Source: Octopus sinensis
Lineage: Eukaryota
Direction of reading: 5' to 3'
Length of the DNA: 64,000 nucleotides
NCBI RefSeq assembly: GCF_006345805.1
Contig: NC_043006.1
Span: 57,040,001-57,104,000 of the forward strand
How positions within the stretch are numbered: position 1 is the stretch's first letter; the number at the start of each line of letters is the position of its first letter. The notes under the pieces were generated by a model. That model did not search any database. It was not told the origin of the DNA and saw nothing but the letters and a program-made list of their open reading frames with translations. A program made the translations under genes and the position numbers. Shown one piece after another: positions 54,203-64,000 of this stretch.

Positions 54203-54842
54203 CACATATATATATATACATATCATATATATATACATACATATATATATATACATATACATATATACTACATATACATACATATATATATATATACATA
54301 CATATATATATATACATATACATATACTATAATATATATTTATATACATATACATATATATACATATACATATATATACACACATATAATATATATACAT
54401 ATACTAATATATACATATACATATATATACATATACACATATATATATATATATACACATATATATATATATATATATACATATATATATACATATATAT
54501 ATACATATATATATACATCTATATATATACATATATATATACATATATATATACATATATATATACATATATATATACATATATATACTAATACATATAT
54601 ATATACCATATATATATATCTATAATACATATACATTATATATATATATATACACATATACATATATATATTATATATAACATATACATATATATATATA
54701 TATACACATATACATATATATATATATACATATATATATACATATACATATATATATACATATATATATACTATACATATATATATACTATATATATCAT
54801 ATACATTATATATATATATACATATATACATATATACATATA
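49648..54842. repeat. About 5.2-kb (TA)/(TATACA) compound microsatellite
   Basis: Continuous alternating purine-pyrimidine tract. Confidence 0.95.
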
Positions 54843-54847
54843 CTATC

Positions 54848-55050
54848 TGTTTTACTCTTTTCTCTTTTACTTGTTTCAGTCATTTGACTGCGGCCATGCT
54901 GGAGCACCCGCCTTTATCGAGCAACTCGACCCCGGGACTTATTCTTTGGTAAGCCCTTTTCTAGTCTATGTCATCGGTCTCTTTTTTGCCGAACCGCTAA
55001 GTGACGGGGACGTAAACACATCAGCATCGGTTGTCAAGCGATGCTAGGGG
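54848..55050 (-). mobile_element. SINE family A, 3' half
   Basis: ttttacttgtttcagtcatttgactgcggccatgctggagcacc...ggttgtcaagcgatg. Confidence 0.8.
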
Positions 55051-55289
55051 CCGTAACTGCATATTACCTCAATACATCTGACTAATATGGGCATAATGAG
55101 ATACCCTTATCTACAGGCTGAAACAGCTGTAAGATCCATTTTATATGTATTATCTTACTTATTGATGTATATTGTTTTATTCTGTTGGATTTGGATGATC
55201 CTTTTTAATTAATTAGTTAATAAATTATATGCATTGGTATTATCTGGAAGTTGATGATTGAAAGGAATCTATTCCTCCATCTTCTTATT

Positions 55290-55422
55290 ATGCATGCATG
55301 CATGCATGCATGCATGCATCCATGCATGCATCCATCCATCCATCCATCCATCCATCCATCCATCCATCCATCCATCCATCCATCTCCTCCTACATCCATA
55401 CATACATACATACATACATACA
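55290..55422. repeat. Compound tetranucleotide repeat (TGCA)n-(TCCA)n-(TACA)n
   Basis: Read directly from the sequence, at the 5' junction of the RTE. Confidence 0.9.
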
Positions 55423-58400
55423 TTAGTAGTTAGCGACTTAAGGATCAGAGCTAAATGGTTGCCCAGAAGAAGACCTGCTTGGAGGAGAAGGGTCTGGAAG
55501 CTTAAAGATCCTGCAAATGGACAGAGATTTAGAGACATACTACTCGAAGCCTTTGACGAAATAGAAGGGGATATAGCTTCACTTTAATGTGGAAGGCAAC
55601 TGGAGATTTCTACGAGACAATCTGCTGACAGCCACTGACCAGATCTGTGATGGAGCAAAGTACCATCTCGACCCAGAGTAACATGGTGGTGGAACTCTGT
55701 GGTTGACAGGGCTATTAGACAAAAGAGACAGGCTTGGAAGGACTGGAGGAACGGTGGTAGCAGGGAATTGTATCAGACAGCCAGAAGGGAAGCTAGGAGA
55801 CAGGTTTATTTAGCCAGAGGGGAAGCGGATAAGAAAAAATTTGCCAATGTTCTGAGCCGTGAGGATGAAAGACTTGAGGTATTCGTGTTGCAAGACAGTG
55901 TGTGAGAGAGAACTGATGTGGTAGGAGAGAAGTGTGTTCGCATGGATGATGGTTCACTTGCGCTAAATGAGGATGCAAAGAGAGAGGTTTGGAGATGCCA
56001 CTATGAAAGGTTGCTGAATAAAGAAAATGAATGGGATAAAGAGAGTCTGCCGAATGTTGACCCAACAGAGGGACCACCAGCTATCCGAGTTGATAGTTCC
56101 GTGGTAGCTAAGGCAATTAGAAGCATGAAGACAGGGAAAGCCCCAGGCCCATCAGGAATTACTGCAGAGGATGCTCAAAATATCTGGCGTGTCGCTATAA
56201 CCTAGTCCCCGTATAGTCACCCAGGTGATACACGAAGGAGTCATACCCAATGACTGGTGTAGCAGCATACTAGTTCACTGCTACAAAGGTAAAGGTGATG
56301 CCCTAGATACAAATAATTACAGAGGTATCAAGCTGTTGGATCAAGTAATGAAGGTTACGGAGAGGGTCATAGCCCAACTAATTAGAGAGAGAGTTAGTTT
56401 AGATGAGATGCAGTTTGGGTTCGTGCAGGGAAAAGTACCACGGATGCTATATTCCTGGTAAGGCAGCTGCAGGAGAAATACCTAGCCAAAGATAAGCCTC
56501 TGTACCTGGCTTTTGTTGACATGGAGAAAGCTTTTGATAGGGTCCCCCGATCCCTTATCTGGTGGTCAATGAGGAAACTAGGGATAGATGAATGGCTGGT
56601 GAGGACTGTGCAAGCCATGTACAAGAGATGCCGTAAGTAAGGTTAGGGTTAGCAACATGTACACAGAAGAATTCAAAGTAGAGGTTGGGGTCCACCAGGG
56701 TTCAGTACTCAGCCCCCTCCTATTTATCATAGTCCTACAGGCAATTACGGAGGAATTCAAGACAGGTTGTCCCTGGGAGCTCCTCTATGCTGACGACCTT
56801 GCTCTTATTGCTGAGTCACTATTCAGAGCTGGAGGAGAAGTTCCAGGTGTGGAAGGAGGGTTTAGAATCAAGGGGCCTTAGAGTCAACCTAGCTAAAACC
56901 AAAGTACTAATAAGTAGGAAGGTAGACAATCCACAAATGTCTTCAGGAAGATGGCCCTGCTCGATCTGTAGAAAAGGTGTAGGTAGAAACTCTATAAGAT
57001 GTACCCAGTGTAAGCTATGGACACATAAGAGGTGCAGCAATGTCAAAGGTAGGCTAACTGGGATATTTTTTTGTATGTGGCAGATGCTCAGGAGCATTAA
57101 CCTCCGAAAATCTGCAGAAAATAACTTCAGTCACTTTCCAAGGGGAAAAACTAGAAGTAGTTGATAGCTTCCGTTATCTAGGTGACCAAGTCAGTAGTGG
57201 GGTGGGTGCGCTGAAAGTGTAACTGCTAGAATAAGAATAGCCTGGGCAAAGTTTAGGGAGCTCTTACCTCTGCTGGTGACTAAAGGCCTCTCGCTCAGAG
57301 TAAAAGGCAGACTGTATGATGCGTGTGTACGAACAGCCATGCTACATGGCAGTGAAACATGGGCCGTGACTGCCGAGGACATGCGTAAGCTCGTGAGGAA
57401 TGAAGCCAGTATGCTCCGATGGATGTGTAATGTCAGTGTACATACTCGACAGAGCGTTAGCACCTTGAGAGAAATGTTTGTACCTAAGAGGCATCAGTTG
57501 TGGTGTGCAAGAGAGACGATTGCACTGGTATGGTCATGTGGCGAGAATGGATGAAGATAGGTGTGTGAGAAAGTGCCAATCCTTAGCATTGAGGGAACCC
57601 GTGGAAGAGGTAGACCCAGGAAAACTTGGGACGAGGTGGTGAAGCACGACCTTTCGAACTTTAGGCCTCACTGAGGAAATGACCAGCGACCGAGACCTTT
57701 GGAAATATTCTGTACGTGAGAAGACCAGGCAGGACAAGTGAGCCCAGCCCACTTATGAATGCCTTTCCTCCCTTGGACACAAAGACCTGTGGGGCAAGCG
57801 AAGTCGATATAGAACCTCATCTGACGACAGGCACCCATACCAACCCCCTTTGCTTGCAAAGACATGTTGGGGCAAGCGAAATCGAAATCGAAGTCAAAAT
57901 CGAATTGAACCAGCCAGGATCCCTGGTCTGGTGGTACGTAAAAGCACTATCCGACTCGTGGCCGATGCCAGCGCCGCCCTCCACTGGCTTCTGGCCGGTG
58001 GCACGTAAAATACACCAATCTGACCGTACGACAGACACCCATGCCAACCCCTTGCTTGCGAAGACATGTTGGGGCAAGCGAAATCGAAGTCAAAATCGAA
58101 TTGAACCAGCAGGTTCCCTGGTCTGGTGGTACGCAAAAGCACTATCCGACTCGTGGCCGATGCCAGCGCCGCCTCCACTGGCTTCCGTGCCGTGGCACGT
58201 AAAATACACCAATCTGACCGTACAACAGGCACCCATGCAACCCCCTTGCTTGCGAAGACATGTTGGGGCAAGCGAAATCGAAATCGAATTGAACCAGCCA
58301 GGATCCCTGTCTGGTGGTACGTAAAAAGCACCATCCGACTCGTGGCCGATGCCAGCACGCCTCGTCTGGCTTCTGTGCCGGTGGCACATAAAATACACCA

Positions 58401-58600
58401 ATCCGACCGTGGCCGTTGCCAGCCTCGCCTGGCACCTGTGCAGGTGGCACGTAAAAAGCACCCACTACACTCACGGAGTGGTTGGCGTTAGGAAGGGCAT
58501 CCAGCTGTAGAAACACTGCCAGATAAGACTGGAGCCTGGTGCAGCCTTCTGGCTTCCTAGATCCCCGGTCGAACCGTCCAACCCATGCTGCTGCTGCTGC
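55423..58600 (+). mobile_element. RTE-clade LINE, 5'-truncated, frameshifted, with Cys-rich insert and long repetitive 3'UTR
   Basis: VVSDLRIR (APE end), NNYRGIKLL, MQFGF, AFVDMEKAFDRVPR, GVHQGSVLSPLLF, LLYADDL, CSICRKGVGRNSIRCTQCKLWTHKRC, YGHVARM. The 3'UTR has tandem units of about 180 bp (57800-58400) and the tail gtggttggcgttaggaagggc. Confidence 0.95.
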
Positions 58601-58612
58601 TGCAGCGGCGGC

Positions 58613-58666
<54 letters not shown>

Positions 58667-60012
58667 TACATACATACATACATAGTATAGTATAGTATAG
58701 TATAGTAAAGGTAATTCAGTACACTAGATAAATGCAGAAGACTTGAAGCACTCAGAAAGAAATCTCTGCAACTCATTTAACATAGTTTCACATTTCTGAA
58801 GTTACTAATTAACTGGTATATACTTATTGGAAAGTCATGTGTGATTTAAGAGTCATCATACAGACTATCTCAGATCAAGTCACTTGCAAAACAAATAAAA
58901 CTCCGATGCTAATGAAAGCTATTTATGCAAAACAAATTAATTATAATTTCAAAATAACTGTTTAATGCATTTCCCATTTACTTCAATCAAAAATAAACAG
59001 GACATATTTGAAATTGTGCTCATTTCATCAATTGCAATCATTAGGTGTTTGATTAAAATATTCAACTGTAGTTAAGTTACTACTGTTAGATGAAATTTTA
59101 TTCAAAGTAGCCCTCAAACAGAGAAAGAAAGAGAGAAATAAAGCAAGATGAAACAAAGTAATGTCATGAATAAAGCCATATTATGCAAATGTAACAACAT
59201 TTTTAAATTGAAGCCAAATCAAACAGAACTTTTATATTGACTGGAAAATCTGAAAATATTACATCTGGATTTCAAATTGCTATACAAAATACAGTGTGCC
59301 TTCATTAAACCATACTAAGAGAGAAGGCTGATCATTGCAAATGAGTCGACCAATGGCAGGGTTTAATATTTGAGACACAGATACAGTTGGCTGTTCCTGC
59401 TACCCTAGTTACATTTTTTATACAATTTTACTGTGACATACCTTCAAAGATGCACACCACAGTGACATTGATACAATTTAGAAACAATTTTAAGTCCCCA
59501 CCAGTCTAGTTCGTCAAAAGCTTGCTTGAAATTAATGCATAATATAATGTTAGATATGAGTAACAGGGAACATTAGAAAATATCATTTAGAATACTTTCC
59601 ATCAGTATTATATAACAAAACTTGAAAATATTTCAGTCATACCTTCCAAATTCATGATGAATAATATCTATCAAGGTAATGCCATAGATTTTATTTATGC
59701 TGAGCAGAAAGTTATTGAATGGTTAAAAACAATTAAATCATTCACCTTCTGACAAAGATTTTAACTTCATTCAATGTATAGCTCAAAAAAGAAACATACA
59801 AACTTTCAGCTAGTTTGATCTAATCCCATCTTTTAAATGTGTATTATTGGATTTGAAAACAAATTAGTCTGTTTATATCATAATTCTACAAGAACAGAGT
59901 TATCATGAAGAATAATTTGTTTCAGTTAAAAAATTTCCAATAAAACAAATTCACACCATGAAAACATGCATATTTGGAGTGAGAGAAAGTGAAGAGGAAA
60001 AAAGTCATACAT

Positions 60013-60384
60013 ATAGGAGTAGCTTGCTTATCAACCACATGGTTCTGGATTCAGTCCCACTGCATGGCACCTTGGGCAAGTATCTTCTACTATAGCCTCG
60101 GGCCGACCAAAGCCTTGTGAGTGGATTTGGTAGATGGAAAGTGAAAGAAGCTGGTTGTAAATATGTATATGTGTGTGCGTATGTTTGTGTGTCTGTGTTT
60201 GTCCCCCCAACATCACTTGACAACTGATGCTGGTGTGTTTACATCCCTGTAACTTAGTGGCTCGGCAAAAGAGACTGATAGAATAAGTACTAGGTTTACA
60301 AAGTGTAAGTCCTGGGGTCGATTTGCTCGACTAAAGGCTGTGCTCCAGCATGACCACAGTCAAATGACTGAAACAAGTAAAAGA
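60013..60384 (+). mobile_element. SINE family A
   Basis: Same core and tail as 10699-11088, with a partly deleted head. Confidence 0.85.
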
Positions 60385-61351
60385 TTGGCTGAATATAGAG
60401 AGAGGGAAGCAAGGGGTGGAAGGAGTAAATGTATGCATATAGTAGAGAAAGGCCAGTCATCGATGGGAAATAAGAAAGAAAGGATATCTTTCTGAGAGGG
60501 ATGTAAAAGCAAATGGTAAATATGATGTATAGCAAGGAAATGTTGCACATTTTGAATCCTTACTTTCTTCCCTCTCTTGTTATTCCAGAATGTGTCCATC
60601 CAGTACTGTATTATGACATAGATAGTAGCGAGGTGCTCACAGTTATTTCAGAGCAACTACCACAATATTCCTTAACAGAGAACAGAAAAAATTAGTTTGC
60701 TTTTATGATACATGATTATATAACTGACTAATCCTAACAGTTTTTCTTCTCTTTTCATCAATTTACCATCTTTGGTACATGTGAAGTGTTCAGCAAGAAT
60801 AACCAGAACATATGCCCTTTATAACACTGTCACTCAAAGATCTAGTTTAATGAGTGTACACTTTATAGTTAACATTCATTTCTAACATTGACACAAAATC
60901 AGAAATTCTAAAGGACAGATAGGTCAATCAGGTAAGAATTGATCAGGCAGTCAATTACAAATACAGAAACCTAAAATTGTCTGTCATAGATTTAGAAATT
61001 AAATTGAATACTTAAACATGGACTAATTAAATAAAAATTTGAGCTCTGGACAAAATGACTTGTGGTTTTGTTCTAGCTTTTTACAGCACAAGTTCAAATC
61101 CTACCAAAGTCAACTTTGCCTTTCATTCATTTGAGGTTGATAAAGTAGCAGTTTAGTAGGGGACTGATGGTATCAACTAACCCCTTTACCTCAAAAAGAG
61201 GTAGCCCTATGCCTAAATAAGAAACAATAATTATGGTTAAGAGGAAAACTTTATGACCCCAGCAGGACGTCTGAGATTGATACAGTTGCTTGTTCACTTT
61301 GAACAGGCCTAAGTCAATTTTCTTTGTCTTCAGTGTAAAAATGAGCTTTAA

Positions 61352-61557
61352 CCCTTTTGTCACTACATTTCTGTTAAAATACACTGCTTTGTTTCAATTA
61401 ATTTTTAAAATAATGAAGAATTTAGTAAAATAACTGTCATTATTAAGCTGGTGCTTAACAACAAATTGTGAACGTGGTTTTAATTTAGAACACTCCAAAA
61501 CATGAAGTTTGTATTACAGGACCAGGAGCAATCTCAGACAAGTTGGTATCAAAAGGG
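61352..61557. mobile_element. 206-bp piggyBac-type MITE with TTAA TSD
   Basis: ttaa|cccttttgtcactacatttctg ... gtatcaaaaggg|ttaa. Ends are related to 13608-14747. Confidence 0.8.
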
Positions 61558-61715
61558 TTAAACATATTGCATTTTACGCTAATACAATGCTTATATAAGA
61601 AAAACAAAAAGATGAAATTAAAAAAAAAGACATTGATGACAATGACAAAAGGTTTATATCTTAGAATGAAACAAGTTATGAGAAAAAAATAATAAATTGT
61701 TTTCAGGTTACTCAC

Positions 61716-61978
61716 TAATTGACTTGCATCATAGCCCCATGGAAGAAAGAGAACACCAGTGTTATATTTCTCCCAATGAGAACAAAAGAAACTCATCATT
61801 GTACCTATGAGTATTGCATAGATGTGAAAAACACCAACACTGTAGTCACCACGGCCAAACACAGAGTATATGGCAATAGGTAGGAATAGTGTTGCCCAGC
61901 TATCTAAACCATGGTCAAACAGTTCTCCAAGAGGTGTACTGGAATTAGTTCTACGTGCTTGTTTCCCATCAATACCAT
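61716..61978 (-). CDS. SELENOI: EPT1/SELENOI-like ethanolaminephosphotransferase, internal exon containing the catalytic motif (263 bp)
   Basis: Translates as (D)[87 protein letters not shown]. It contains the CDP-alcohol phosphatidyltransferase motif DG-x2-AR-x8-G-x3-D-x3-D and the [18 protein letters not shown] segment I recall from vertebrate EPT1/SELENOI. Acceptor ttgcag, donor gtgagt; phase 1 in, phase 0 out. Confidence 0.95.
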
Positions 61979-64000
61979 CTGCAAAATAATAAAAAATTAG
62001 TTAGAAATGTTGAACTATTAACAGGCAAGTATGTGTTTCTAAAAGACAAACAAGTATTACACATCAAGAATACACATACTCCCACTCACAGTCTTCTATG
62101 CGAAAGCAAGAGCTTAAGACTGGCAGATCAAGGGAACCCCTGAATGCTGATGACAAAATTTTTGTAGTAGAAATCAGAAAATTTAGATAAGAAATTTCAG
62201 ATACAAAACCTGGAAACAAGATACCCCAAAGACTGAAGTTTTAGTAAGTAGGGTGTAGGGAAAAGAAAAAAAAAAAACCAGAACCCAGTTACCATCAGGG
62301 ATATGGCTGTGCTCAACATAGAGGGATAGATAGAAATTCCATAAGGTGTTCTCAATGTAAACTATGAACATGCAGATATAGTACAGATGTGTGCTGCAAG
62401 TAATGCTGGCAAAGACTGTCAATTTCATATGTAGCAAGTGCACTGGAGCAATTAGCACTAAGAGCATTTGGAGAATATTTTCTCAAATACCCAGACAGCC
62501 CTCAAGCAATCAATACCTTTTGTTACCAAGAAGACCTAATCAACAGTGAGGGCAGGTGTTGTGAAAGTATATTAGCCAGAGTAAGAACTAACTGAAAAAA
62601 ATTAAACGAACTATTATTTCTGCTGATTTCTTTCTTGAAGTGAAGAGCAGATTGTATGATATTTGAGTACAAAGAGCAATATTGCATTATGGGCTTGAAT
62701 GCAGCATGCTTGTGAAAATTAGAAAGAAAAGAAGTGAGCATGCTTCATTGGATGTATGTTAGTATGCATGAACACTGGCCCATCATCCATGAAATAAGAG
62801 AAAATATTAGCTCAGTCCTCTCAGCTATTTTCTCAGAGAAAATATTTACTCAGTCCTCTCAGCTACCACCACCTGTATCACACTCATCCTCCTGGCTTCC
62901 AAATCATGATAATGAATTATGAGGGATTGCAGCAGACCTCTTCTCATGTACAGCCACTAAGTCGCTAAGCATCTGCTACCATCATCATCATCATTAAACA
63001 TTCACTTTTCCATGCTTGCAAAGGTTGAACTGAATTTGGTGAGGTGGATTTTCTACTGTCAGATGCCTTTCCTGTTGTCAATCCTTACCTGATTCCAAGT
63101 AAGGTAATATTTCCCACCATATCAAACATGTTTACATAGGAGATTGGAAATGAAGGTCGCTGTTTGCATGACAATGACACTTGCTTACAGCAATCACACA
63201 ATGCCAAGGCTAAGAGAGTGACATACAGATACATGTACACATACAATAGCTTTCTTTCAGTTTCCATTTACCAATACCAAATCCACTTATAAAGCTTTGG
63301 TTGGCCCAGGGCTATAGCAGAAGACATTTGTCAGTGCCATGCAATGGGACTGAACATGCAATGGGAAGCAAACTTGTTACCATACAACTATACCTGCACC
63401 TATACAACACCTGTATATTTGACAAATTTAACTTCTAAAACGACTATCAAGGGATATCAAGACAAGGAAGCACACTCATGAACACACACAACACACATAC
63501 AAATTGCATCAGGTCAGAATTTGGACTGCTAGTTCCACTACATCTAAACATCTTCCTTTCATAAACGTTGAACACATTGACCCGCATACTTACAGCTGTC
63601 TGGTAATCAGTGATTCAATAGAGATCACCAAACAAGTTATGCTTTGATGTAAAGAGACACAACACTGGTAATCATAAACATGGCTAGCTTCCATTCAAGC
63701 TTCTGTTTATCAAACTCCATCTTCAAGTTGTTAATTAAACCAAATTCAGTTCATCTTGATTGTGTGTAATTTGAAAATAATTCAGTTGCCTGTGACTAGT
63801 CTCCACTATACTAGAAGACACACATTCAAGGAAATGTGCAGTTGATTGAATTCATAACCAGATGATTGCAAAGTAAACTTCATTGACCACACATCTGTGC
63901 TTACACTAACTGGTTTTGAGTGTTGCTCATTCAATTGAAATGTGAATGATGTTTCCTGGATGAGGGTAAAATAAACGAAGGGAAGTGGCATGTCGAAGAC

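Noticed and set aside
22495-54831. Dozens of Y/I/M/C/V/H-rich ORFs up to 292 aa
   Set aside because: They are translations of TA/CA microsatellites, which lack stop codons in most frames.
62245-62320. EHSHIPDGNWVLVFFFSFPYTL as the preceding EPT1 exon (resembles HKHVPDWVW...AYTL)
   Set aside because: There is no GT donor at the required phase-1 position, and the Phe run comes from a poly-T tract. The true exon is probably beyond 64000.

Overview
This is an AT-rich animal genomic window with no prokaryotic features. The repeat landscape (tRNA-derived SINEs, CR1/L2-group and RTE LINEs, very large TA microsatellites) looks like a coleoid cephalopod, probably Octopus. That assignment is from recall, not a search. 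One host gene crosses the window on the minus strand: five consecutive coding exons of an ethanolaminephosphotransferase 1 (EPT1/SELENOI-type CDP-alcohol phosphatidyltransferase), at 61716-61978, 19190-19301, 15381-15429, 5721-5901 and 3003-3185. They have canonical GT-AG sites and matching phases. The start and terminal exons were not found and probably lie outside the window. A 42.4-kb intron (19302-61715) holds four CR1/L2-group LINEs, one RTE LINE plus 3'-only copies with modular tandem arrays, two fused Penelope-like RT fragments, tandem Helitrons, SINEs and kb-scale TA/CA microsatellites. The most interesting signals are: (1) a canonical type I hammerhead ribozyme (28207-28287) inside a direct-repeat-flanked non-coding unit, with a second degenerate hammerhead 480 nt upstream; (2) an in-frame TGA replacing a conserved Cys codon at the same position in two independent-looking LINE copies; (3) RTE 3'UTR arrays built from a repeated pseudoknot-like module; (4) a covarying 3' hairpin shared by LINEs and SINEs. 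Most ORFs in the supplied track are translations of microsatellites or repeats and are not genes.
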